A stretch of 64,000 nucleotides of DNA from positions 49,699-113,698 of IMG/VR virus record IMGVR_UViG_3300045988_135203. One strand, 5' to 3'. This document shows positions 18,130-27,773 of this stretch, piece by piece. Position 1 is the first letter of the stretch; every line of letters starts with the position of its first letter. The stretch comes from a virus. The notes beneath the pieces were generated by a model, which did no database searches, had not been told where the DNA came from, and worked only from the letters and a program-made list of their open reading frames with translations. Position numbers and translations under genes: made by a program.

Positions 18130-21100
18130 ATGGCAGATAATGCGAAAGCTTTGGACGATATATTTAAGTCTATAGATATTATTATAGATGGTAGACTTCA
18201 AGGATTAAAATTTGATAAAACTATTACTTGTTCCATTTTAAGTAATAAGAATGCCGCTCGGGGTGAGTATACTGTTACAGATGGCGCAACTACCTTTAAG
18301 GCATATTCTGATGTTACAACTTATCAAGTTAATCAATATGTTTATGTTAAAGTGCCTAATGGTAGTTTTAATAATAAAAAAATAATTACAGGAAGATATA
18401 TAGAAGAAAATAGTGAATACTATACTTATGTTCCACCACTTGATAGTTTTATAGATATGAGTCATAATCTCATTGATAATAGCATTAAACCATTAGGCTT
18501 AGTAGCTAATGGTAAAGAAAAAGAAATTGTTGTGTGGGAAAAGCATAATCTACATTATAATGATTATGATAGAATAGGTATTCGCGCAGGTTTTAGAACT
18601 TGGCTTAATCAATATGATTTGGTCAAAGGTAATTATGGTTTAAAACTTTATGTAGTAATTAAACGTGGAAAAGAAAATGAAGCGATTAATAAGCAAGATA
18701 TTTTTTCTGTATATTTTACTTTAGATACATCTGATTTCTATGGAAGTCTATATAATTATGAAACTTATTATAATCAAGAAAAAGTATTTGATATAGGACA
18801 ATACTTAGATGATGAGCATTATATTTCTGATATAAGATTAGTATTTTTCCAAGATAATAATTTTGAAGATGCTAAAGGAAATAGAATAGCTAGCGCAATA
18901 CCAGATTCTGGGGTAGAATTACCCAAAAATATTTTTATGGCAAGCCCTTATATTGGTATTGGTTATAATAAAAATAAGTATCCATCAGATACAGCATTAT
19001 TATATACTTTTGATTCTTTAGATTATAAGGCGTTATTATCTGACGAAGATAAAGCTAATTTTATTGCGGCTTTGGATGTAAATTCTGAAACTTATAATCA
19101 AGATAGAGATAATATACTTTATGATGCGGCAACCGCAAAAAATCTTTTAAATCAGCTTAATAGACGTAAATTACAAGTTCGATGGATTCATTTTGATGAA
19201 GATATGAATCCATATGTATTTGATAAAAATTCTGATTTACCAGAAACCGCGCAAGTACATTGGTATAGATATTTTCTTGAAGAAGAACTTAGTGATAAAC
19301 TTGCTGGAGCCTTTTGGAAAGAAATTGAAACACCAGATAAAAATTACTTTGAGTATAAAGATTTTGAGCCAGATATGACTCGACAGCATGATATGCTTAA
19401 AGTGATTATTGAGTATCCTTCTCGTGAAACTATTGCTAAACAAATTTATGATTTAAGTCTTAAAACTGGTGAAAAAGAAAATCCAGAAACAGGTAAGATA
19501 GATGAAGTTGGAGATTTACTTTATTCTTTTCTTCCCTCAAATAAAAAGCCAGATGATAAGACATATTATGATTATATAGAAGAAGCTAAATTAAATTTAA
19601 TTAATGCAATTCAAAAACTTGATAATTTACTTGAAGATTATGAGTTACAAGCGAATAGAGTTAATGAATTGTATAAAGAATTGGGTGAAAGACAGCAAGA
19701 ATATAAAAAAGCTCATCCTGAAAAAACAGACGATGATTTAGCTACTGATGAAAAATATCTAGCTATTGCTACATATTTTAATGACCAAGTAGATAATTTA
19801 ACTGATAGAACTAATGAAAAGCGTGACGAATTACAAACTATTAGTAATGAAGTAAGTGCTTATGAATCAGAAATTAATTATTATTCTTCTAGTGTCGTAG
19901 AATTTAAAAATTCTACTAATGTGATTGATAGTACTTCTGTTGATTTAATTAGCGGTCTTGATATTGTATGTGATCCAGAAGGATATAATGGTGTTTATAG
20001 AATTTATGATGATAATGGTGACATTATGAGTTCTAGTGAAAGTATAAAGAAAAGAATCTTGACTGCAACATATGAATCTTTAGTTACAGGTGATAAAACT
20101 CTTGATACTGCGGAAAAAATTTATTGGTATATTCCAATTACTAATACAATGATTCAATATCCAACAGAAGAAACTGAATATTCCTATTATACAAAGGTTG
20201 ATATAACTAATAGTGAATATAATGCGGCATTATATAAAGATAAATATTTTATAAAAGATTTATCTGGTATTTACCATCCTGCTACTTCTGATTATTCTAA
20301 TACTGAAAAATATTATGAAAGAAATACAACCACAACTTCAAAAACTAAGGACGGAAATTATTTTGTTATTTGTAGGAATGGTGTAAGTATTGATTCTGAG
20401 GCTGGAACTGAAGAATCTAAGAATGATAGTCAAATTTTTAGAGTTAAATCTTATTATAGTCAAAGTGCTGTAAATAATACTATTAGATGTATTATCGAAA
20501 AAAATGGGCGTAAATTTGAAAAAGATATTACATTAGTATTTGGTCCAACAGGAACAAATGGTACTACTTATACTTTATCATTAGAGTTTGATAATAAAGT
20601 TTCTGCGGTGACTGTTGCGGCAGATGATGGGAAAAATGGAAGTGGAATTTATAATTCAGTTAAAGTAATTCCGCATTTATATGATTATCAAAATAATGAT
20701 ATAACCGCAAAATTTGCTTCTGCGGGTAAAATTTCTTACTCTTGGTACTGCAAAGGTAATGAGGGATTAGGTATTAGTGACCCAGATGAAACGGATGGTT
20801 CCATTGAATTATTTGGTAAAAGTAGTAATATTGAAGATTATAAGTATTATATACTTTTATGTACAGTAGAAGATGCTACAGAAATTGTACCAAATAGTAA
20901 AATTAATTTAACTGCATATTTACCTATTCCAGTTAGAGCAAGTGAAATATATACTGCTTTTGATGGTGCTACTAAGATTACTTATGATTCAAATGGCGGT
21001 AATCCGCAGTTTTATAAAGATGGATACAAAATATATAAATATAACAATTCTTCTGGAAATAATGAGCCTATAATTAATGCTACTTGGGAAATATCTTTAG

Positions 21101-24100
21101 GTGATGATACTGTTGGTATTGATTTAAAAGATGAATATAAAACAACATCTGTAATTACTCAGTATTATCCTACTGTTACTACAGAAGGTGTTTTAAGTGC
21201 GCCAGCTATGTATTTAAAAGAGAACGGAAAGCAAGTTGGTGTATCATGTAAAGTAGATGGAAAAGTCGTATGGTTTCAACCTTTATATATTTATCAGAAT
21301 TCTTATTCATCTTCATTACTTAACTCCTGGGATGGTAGTTTGACACAAGATGAAAAAAATGGTACTATATTATCAACAATGATAGGAGCCGGAAAAAAGG
21401 ATACCTTTAACCGATTTAATGGTGTGCTTATGGGTGATATAAGTGCAGCGAATAATCAACATGATATTGGATTATATGGATATCATGAAGGCGTTCAAAG
21501 TTATGGGCTTAATATTAATGGTACTGCTTTTATAGGTAAATCTGGTAGGGGTCAGATTAAATTTAATGGAAATTCTGGTTATATCCAGAGCGGAAATTAT
21601 GGTAAGTCTGGTGCAGGTGGAATGCAGATTGACCTTAATAATGGTATATTAAAAATCATTGGTGAAAAATTTACTCAAGCACAAATTAAAGCAAATGGTA
21701 GTATTTTTAAAGGTGTAGACAAAGCCTATCAAGCTCAAATTGATTATTATAAATCAATTAAAGAAAGATTGGATGAGCAAGTAAAAAAATGTTCTGCTAA
21801 AGTAACAAGTTTAACAACTGTGCAAAAAGAATATCAAACTAATGCTAATAATTATAATCAGGCTATAACTGATGAAAATAAAGATAAGCAAACTGCTCAA
21901 TCTAATTTAGATATATTAAATGGTACTGGAACGAGTTCCATTAAACATATACAAAACCAAATAACTAAGGTGCAAGAGCAAATTAAAATAAAGAAGCAAG
22001 AATTAACAAATGCTCAAAAGAGTTCATTAAAAGCTTCTGATAAAATGAAAAAAATTTCAGAAATCAAAACAAAAATTTCTGAATTAAATTCGCAATTAAG
22101 TGGTTATCAAGCTAATTTAAGACAGAAAAAAACTGAGCGTGATAATTTAAAAGCTACAATAACCGTATGTGAAGGTAAGATTAAAACTTATACTCAAAGA
22201 AAGAATTTTTATATAAAGCGTCTTGAAGAAATAAATAATGAAATTACAACTTTAGGTAATGATAAGACTAAATATGAAAAACAATCTGGTAATTATGAAA
22301 ATTTAATTACAAGTCTTAATGATACTATTACAAAATATAATGCGGCAACTGGTGATACAAAGATAAAATATGAAAATTCTATGGTGAATTATCTTAGGGA
22401 GAATTTACCTGATAGTTTTGAAATATCTACTAAAACTACTGGAAGTCAAATTTTAATTTCATCTTTAAGCCCTTATTTAAAAATTATTTCTAATGATAAT
22501 AAGACCTTACTAAATATAGCAGATAATAGTTATTATTTACAGACAAATGATTTTGTTCAGCATGTATTAACTAATGGGGAATTTACAACTAAAGGTCAAG
22601 GTATGAAACTTGATTTACAGAATGGAAAAATTATTTCTTATAATTTTGATTTATTAGCTTTAGATTCTTCCGATGGAAATAATGCTGGGTCTTATATTAG
22701 AATAAGTAAATTTGGAAATCCTTATTTGAGAGTTCATTTTGAAGATAAGACTAAAAATCAAAAGTTAAATATATTAGAAATAACTAAAACTAATTTTTAT
22801 TTATGCTCTCATAATTGGGAAGCTAATAAGGAAGGCATTAATATAGATTTAACTAATGGTCGTATTACTGCTTTTAACAATTTTAACTTAAAAGCCACAA
22901 TAAATACCACAAATCAAAATGATAAACGATATAATGGTTCTTATGTACAAATTAAAAGTGGTGACCCATTTTTTACCGTTCATTTTGAAGATTCATATTC
23001 TCCCAAAAAAAGTTTAGACCTTATTAAAATAGGAATTAATAATTGGTTTATGCAATCTCAAGATTGGGTGAATGGAAAATCCGGTATTCGTTTTGACATG
23101 GCGAAAGGAAAAATTACTGCTTATAGTTTTACAATTAAAGCATATAAAACTGAAAAAAAATATATTTATATAGATAGTACAGATAATACGCATCCATTAA
23201 AAATAGGTAATAAATTTAGTGTAGATTGGGAAGGTAAAGTAACTGCAAGTTATATTGATGCTAGTGGTGGAACTATTGGTCCATTTACTATAGATAGTAA
23301 AGCATTGTATTCTGAAGGAAATGCATTAGGTTCTTCTGGAGTATATTTAGGTAAAGCAGGTCTTAGCGTTAATAATGATTTAATAGTACGAACTTCTCCA
23401 GGAACAAATGAATATACTCTTACTGTTGGTGGTACTTCTTATTTTGGAGGACCAATGACAGTTGCTGGTTCTTTAGGTGTTACCAGTAATGGAAGTATTA
23501 CTGCCGCTGGTAGCATTACTGCAAATGGAACGCTTACTACGAATGGAAGTTTAGTAGTTGCTAATGGTGGTAGTTTTGGTGGAGATATAAATGTAATTGG
23601 AAATCTTAAAGTAAGTGGTAGTATTTATGATTCTAATGGCAGATGGAGTTCTACTGGACAAGATGGTGGTAGTCAGAAATTATATGGTACTTCTGGTAAT
23701 ATTGGTAATTGGGGTATTAATGATGGCCGTATTGCTAATGGTCAAACAACTTTAGGTAGCGATGGAATAATTACTGCTGGAAATATTACTATTAATGGTG
23801 GCGATGGAAGCAATGGAACTATTACATTTGGAAATAATGCAAATATTCATCAGGGCTCATCTACCCTTTATTTACAGGGTGGTACTAATGGAGTACAAAT
23901 AGGGCTTGGAAATGTATCTTCATCTTTGGATTATCCAATTATAATGGCGACAAATACAAAAGTTAATGGAACTTTTAGTGCTACAACAATAAAGCAAGGG
24001 TCTCAAGAGCTTAAAGCTTTGGCTTTTGCGGATGACATAAAAAAAAAGTTTAACATAAGTTATGTAAATTTTGATTTTTGGTATAAAGTGAGCGAAAAAA

Positions 24101-24585
24101 CTATAAATATAAATAAAAATTCTTCAAATAGTAAATCGTCTTATTATGTTAGCTCTGTTTATGGATACAAAAAGAATGGAAGCTCAACTACTTATGCTGT
24201 AAGAAAACATAGCTATGTTTATTCTGCAACTTTTAGACGACCTCAAGGAACAGGTTACTATTATTATACTAAGCTATCATTTGATGGATATCCAGGACCT
24301 GATGTTCTAGGTGATGAAACTTTTTATAGTGGTCCCGTTGCTATAATTCCTTACGATTATGAATATGTAGATAATTATGATTATGTTACACTTTCAGAAG
24401 GTTATTATTTATATACTCATCAAGATAATCCAACTGTAGATTTTAATACAGTAGAAAAATCTGGATACACTAAAAAAACAATGGCGCTATCTAAAAAAGG
24501 TACTAAAAAAGTTACATTTGGCCCTAATGACCCTACAGATTCAAGTTCAGATACAATCACATTAACTAATGTAGATTTTTCTTAA
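18130..24585 (+). CDS. giant tail/baseplate-associated protein (2152 aa from ATG 18130) with a coiled-coil region, three tandem ~90-aa repeats and beta-helix-like fibre repeats
   Basis: The ORF track's GTG 18112 is replaced by ATG 18130, which has AGGAGG 7 nt upstream. Coiled-coil stretch at ~21720-22350. Three ~90-aa tandem repeats at ~22594-23280 (GQGMKLDLQNGKIISYNF... / GINIDLTNGRITAFNNF... / GIRFDMAKGKITAYSF...). Gly-rich SLGVTSNGSITAAGSITANGTLTTNGSLVVANGG fibre-like repeats at ~23470-23630. Confidence 0.7.
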   Translation: MADNAKALDDIFKSIDIIIDGRLQGLKFDKTITCSILSNKNAARGEYTVTDGATTFKAYSDVTTYQVNQYVYVKVPNGSFNNKKIITGRYIEENSEYYTYVPPLDSFIDMSHNLIDNSIKPLGLVANGKEKEIVVWEKHNLHYNDYDRIGIRAGFRTWLNQYDLVKGNYGLKLYVVIKRGKENEAINKQDIFSVYFTLDTSDFYGSLYNYETYYNQEKVFDIGQYLDDEHYISDIRLVFFQDNNFEDAKGNRIASAIPDSGVELPKNIFMASPYIGIGYNKNKYPSDTALLYTFDSLDYKALLSDEDKANFIAALDVNSETYNQDRDNILYDAATAKNLLNQLNRRKLQVRWIHFDEDMNPYVFDKNSDLPETAQVHWYRYFLEEELSDKLAGAFWKEIETPDKNYFEYKDFEPDMTRQHDMLKVIIEYPSRETIAKQIYDLSLKTGEKENPETGKIDEVGDLLYSFLPSNKKPDDKTYYDYIEEAKLNLINAIQKLDNLLEDYELQANRVNELYKELGERQQEYKKAHPEKTDDDLATDEKYLAIATYFNDQVDNLTDRTNEKRDELQTISNEVSAYESEINYYSSSVVEFKNSTNVIDSTSVDLISGLDIVCDPEGYNGVYRIYDDNGDIMSSSESIKKRILTATYESLVTGDKTLDTAEKIYWYIPITNTMIQYPTEETEYSYYTKVDITNSEYNAALYKDKYFIKDLSGIYHPATSDYSNTEKYYERNTTTTSKTKDGNYFVICRNGVSIDSEAGTEESKNDSQIFRVKSYYSQSAVNNTIRCIIEKNGRKFEKDITLVFGPTGTNGTTYTLSLEFDNKVSAVTVAADDGKNGSGIYNSVKVIPHLYDYQNNDITAKFASAGKISYSWYCKGNEGLGISDPDETDGSIELFGKSSNIEDYKYYILLCTVEDATEIVPNSKINLTAYLPIPVRASEIYTAFDGATKITYDSNGGNPQFYKDGYKIYKYNNSSGNNEPIINATWEISLGDDTVGIDLKDEYKTTSVITQYYPTVTTEGVLSAPAMYLKENGKQVGVSCKVDGKVVWFQPLYIYQNSYSSSLLNSWDGSLTQDEKNGTILSTMIGAGKKDTFNRFNGVLMGDISAANNQHDIGLYGYHEGVQSYGLNINGTAFIGKSGRGQIKFNGNSGYIQSGNYGKSGAGGMQIDLNNGILKIIGEKFTQAQIKANGSIFKGVDKAYQAQIDYYKSIKERLDEQVKKCSAKVTSLTTVQKEYQTNANNYNQAITDENKDKQTAQSNLDILNGTGTSSIKHIQNQITKVQEQIKIKKQELTNAQKSSLKASDKMKKISEIKTKISELNSQLSGYQANLRQKKTERDNLKATITVCEGKIKTYTQRKNFYIKRLEEINNEITTLGNDKTKYEKQSGNYENLITSLNDTITKYNAATGDTKIKYENSMVNYLRENLPDSFEISTKTTGSQILISSLSPYLKIISNDNKTLLNIADNSYYLQTNDFVQHVLTNGEFTTKGQGMKLDLQNGKIISYNFDLLALDSSDGNNAGSYIRISKFGNPYLRVHFEDKTKNQKLNILEITKTNFYLCSHNWEANKEGINIDLTNGRITAFNNFNLKATINTTNQNDKRYNGSYVQIKSGDPFFTVHFEDSYSPKKSLDLIKIGINNWFMQSQDWVNGKSGIRFDMAKGKITAYSFTIKAYKTEKKYIYIDSTDNTHPLKIGNKFSVDWEGKVTASYIDASGGTIGPFTIDSKALYSEGNALGSSGVYLGKAGLSVNNDLIVRTSPGTNEYTLTVGGTSYFGGPMTVAGSLGVTSNGSITAAGSITANGTLTTNGSLVVANGGSFGGDINVIGNLKVSGSIYDSNGRWSSTGQDGGSQKLYGTSGNIGNWGINDGRIANGQTTLGSDGIITAGNITINGGDGSNGTITFGNNANIHQGSSTLYLQGGTNGVQIGLGNVSSSLDYPIIMATNTKVNGTFSATTIKQGSQELKALAFADDIKKKFNISYVNFDFWYKVSEKTININKNSSNSKSSYYVSSVYGYKKNGSSTTYAVRKHSYVYSATFRRPQGTGYYYYTKLSFDGYPGPDVLGDETFYSGPVAIIPYDYEYVDNYDYVTLSEGYYLYTHQDNPTVDFNTVEKSGYTKKTMALSKKGTKKVTFGPNDPTDSSSDTITLTNVDFS

Positions 24586-24625
24586 TTTAATATAGATATT
24601 TTATATATAAAGGAGATAAAGGATT

Positions 24626-25024
24626 ATGCAAACAACAAAGACTTTAAAAAATGGTGAAATTTTTGAAATGGCAACAAATTTAATTGAGGCTTTTCAGAAA
24701 GATACAGAATCTGGAGAAAAGACTTATCCAATTAAAGTTTTGTTTTATCTTAGAAAAAATATGAAAACTCTTACAGAGCTTGCTCAGGATATTGAGAAAG
24801 CAAGAGTTGAAATTATTCAAAGATATGGAACTCCATCAGAGGAGAATCCAGAGCAATATCAATTTGAGACACAAGAAAAAATTGATGCGGCAAATAAAGA
24901 ATTTGAAGAGCTGTTCGGTTTAGAGCAGGAAGTTACTATTTATACAATTCCATTAGAGGCTTTCAATGACATGGAACTCACTGAAAAACAGATGGATGCA
25001 GTAATGGAAATGATTGAGGAGTAA
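24626..25024 (+). CDS. small acidic hypothetical protein (132 aa), possibly an assembly chaperone
   Basis: RBS AAAGGAGATAAAGGA. Very acidic. Sits between two large tail genes. Confidence 0.55.
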   Translation: MQTTKTLKNGEIFEMATNLIEAFQKDTESGEKTYPIKVLFYLRKNMKTLTELAQDIEKARVEIIQRYGTPSEENPEQYQFETQEKIDAANKEFEELFGLEQEVTIYTIPLEAFNDMELTEKQMDAVMEMIEE

Positions 25025-25030
25025 AAAGAT

Positions 25031-27769
25031 ATGGCTAAATTGTATCCTCCAAATATAGGGGGAACAATTCCAGCCTTCTGTCGAAATTCTAGTGGGACTG
25101 TTATTTTAACAGTCCCTTTTTCTATGAATAGAGCAGTTGCAAGGGCGGAAGTTGCTGGATTTGTTCTAAAATTAAAAACTGTTAATGGTACTTATCTAGC
25201 AACTATTAATGCCGTTATTAATAATACAACTGGAACTCCTTATGATATTATTGATAGAATGGAAGTTGATTTTGATGTTACCAAAGTAACAGGATTAAAT
25301 GTTGGACAATACTATAAAGTCCAAATGGCATATATAAATCAAAATAATGAAGTGGGTTATTTTTCTACAGTTGGTGTAGCAAAATATACTGCGCAACCGC
25401 GAGTATCTATAAAGAATCTTTCTTTTGGAAGAATTAATTCACATGAATATCAGTATACTGGTGTTTATAGTCAGCTTAATGGTGACCCATCAGAAAAGAT
25501 GTATTCTTGTCGATTTAAGTTGTTAGATGAAGATGAAAATATAATTGAAGATAGCGGTGATATAATTCATAATACTATGAATGATGATTTACGTTATGAA
25601 TCACATGAAGTATTTACAATTTCTAGGGATTTATCTTCAGAGAAATCATATTATATCATTTTTACAGTTACAACTAATAATGAATTAACTATATCTACTC
25701 CTAGATATAGAATAATGCAAAGACGTTCAATTAATCCAGAGATAATTGTTGATTTAAAGGCTGAATTAAATTATGATAATGGTTATATTAAATTAACTAT
25801 GAATAATGAAGAAGATTCAATTATTTCTGGTACATTTTTAATTGCACGAGCTTGTAGTAAAGACGGTTATGCATGGGAAGAATTTAAACGTTTTGACATG
25901 CAATCTATGGTTCCTAGTATGTGGAGTTTAATGGATTGTACTCTCGAACAAGGAGTTACATATAAGTATTCTTTACAACAATACAATAATAATGGTGTAT
26001 ATTCTGACCGTATAGTTTCAAATGAGTGTTATGCAGACTTTGAAGATGCTTTTTTATATGATGGCGAAAAACAACTTAGAATTAGATTTGACCCAAAGGT
26101 ATCTAGTTTTAAGAATGATTTACTTGAATCTAAGGTAGAAACAATAGGAAGCACACACCCATATATTCTTCGCAATGGAAATGTAAATTATAAAGAATTT
26201 CCAATAGCAGGATTAATTTCTTATCAAATGGATGAAGATGGATTATTTTGTTCTAAAAAAATATTAGGTATATCCGCAAACATTACAGATTTAACTAGTG
26301 AAAATATAAAAGCTGAAAGAATATTTAAACTTAAAGCATTAGAATGGCTAACTGATGGAAAAGCAAAGTTGTTTCGTTCTCCAACAGAAGGCAATTACAT
26401 TGTACGTTTACTTAATGTTTCTCTTTCTCCTAATGATACTCTTGGACGCATGCTGCATAGTTTTTCTGCAACTGCATATGAAGTTGCAAAATTTAATACT
26501 CAGAGTCTTGGCGACTATGGACTAATCGACCCCGCAGAAAACCTAACAACGCAAACGAGATGGGCTTCTGTAGATTTACGAGAATTTTATATTAAACTTA
26601 AAACTGAAGCTGATGCTAATAAAAAACCTTTAGGTAATAAACTTGGACCAATCAATACTAGACAAATATATTCAGTTACTTTTACCGATATGATGCCTGG
26701 TTCAATAGTCTATATTGGAGATACTTCTATTGAGATTGGTGCTACTGGTGCCTATATAATAGAGAGTAGTAGTCCAATTACTTATTTAGGCGTAGATAAT
26801 TTTTCTGCGCAGCAAGGTGGAATTTGTACTTATAGCTATCAAACTAAAACAGTTAATGTATTTAGTACAATTACAGAAGTTGAAGTAGAAGATATTCCTT
26901 GTGAGCAAATTATTGGTCAAGATTATTTATATAAAGCAAGTGATTTAATTTCTTCACTAATAGACACAAGAACTCATATATTACAAGTTCCTTTTGGTAG
27001 ATTTATAAAAAGAACTGTTAAAGATATTTATATTGATATAGATAATCCCAAAGATGTATATATAGGAATTAAAGATTGTAATTATTATTGGGATATGGAT
27101 TGTAAAGACATGATAGATGAATTTGACCCATTAACTTTATATCATGTTAGATGTCATCGTACTGCGGGAAGTAGACAAAATTTTTTAAATGAGGGGTATT
27201 ATGTTGATGCAAATAAAGATGTATTTGCTCCTTATACAGATTTTATTATAGATGGGAACCATCCAAAAGAATTAATTAAAATAACAGATGATATATTTTA
27301 TCTGGAAATTGGAGAAGAAATTATTGATTTGGATGAAACTGAAAAATATATTCTTAAAGATGTAGATAACTATAGTTTAAAAATTAAACCTCATTTAGGT
27401 GTAATTTCTGAGATTAGTTATTCAAGACAATTAGCTAAATATTCTTTTGAAGAAGAACAAGCAACAAATGAAATTTATGATGCAGTTTATAAGGCTAAAC
27501 AAGATTATGATAAAAAGGCTAATGATTATGAGCGAAATGTATTGGGTGGCGTAAATGCGGATTCTAGTTATTCAGTAGAAGGAGTTTCTTACGATTTTAG
27601 AATTATTATAGGAAACAAAACTCCAGAAACTTTATTAGCCGAAGCAAAGGTTAGAGATATAGGGCTTAAAGGCTTAAAGAAAATGGTTGATGCTAAATAT
27701 AATTATTATATCAAATGTTTAGAAGCCGCAATTAAATATTATAAAAAAATAAATGGATTGGTGGAATGA
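25031..27769 (+). CDS. baseplate protein, possibly an extended distal-tail (Dit)-like protein (912 aa)
   Basis: Large protein in the post-TMP block, in the order expected for baseplate components. This is a weak positional call with no verified motif. Confidence 0.35.
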   Translation: MAKLYPPNIGGTIPAFCRNSSGTVILTVPFSMNRAVARAEVAGFVLKLKTVNGTYLATINAVINNTTGTPYDIIDRMEVDFDVTKVTGLNVGQYYKVQMAYINQNNEVGYFSTVGVAKYTAQPRVSIKNLSFGRINSHEYQYTGVYSQLNGDPSEKMYSCRFKLLDEDENIIEDSGDIIHNTMNDDLRYESHEVFTISRDLSSEKSYYIIFTVTTNNELTISTPRYRIMQRRSINPEIIVDLKAELNYDNGYIKLTMNNEEDSIISGTFLIARACSKDGYAWEEFKRFDMQSMVPSMWSLMDCTLEQGVTYKYSLQQYNNNGVYSDRIVSNECYADFEDAFLYDGEKQLRIRFDPKVSSFKNDLLESKVETIGSTHPYILRNGNVNYKEFPIAGLISYQMDEDGLFCSKKILGISANITDLTSENIKAERIFKLKALEWLTDGKAKLFRSPTEGNYIVRLLNVSLSPNDTLGRMLHSFSATAYEVAKFNTQSLGDYGLIDPAENLTTQTRWASVDLREFYIKLKTEADANKKPLGNKLGPINTRQIYSVTFTDMMPGSIVYIGDTSIEIGATGAYIIESSSPITYLGVDNFSAQQGGICTYSYQTKTVNVFSTITEVEVEDIPCEQIIGQDYLYKASDLISSLIDTRTHILQVPFGRFIKRTVKDIYIDIDNPKDVYIGIKDCNYYWDMDCKDMIDEFDPLTLYHVRCHRTAGSRQNFLNEGYYVDANKDVFAPYTDFIIDGNHPKELIKITDDIFYLEIGEEIIDLDETEKYILKDVDNYSLKIKPHLGVISEISYSRQLAKYSFEEEQATNEIYDAVYKAKQDYDKKANDYERNVLGGVNADSSYSVEGVSYDFRIIIGNKTPETLLAEAKVRDIGLKGLKKMVDAKYNYYIKCLEAAIKYYKKINGLVE

Positions 27770-27773
27770 TAAT

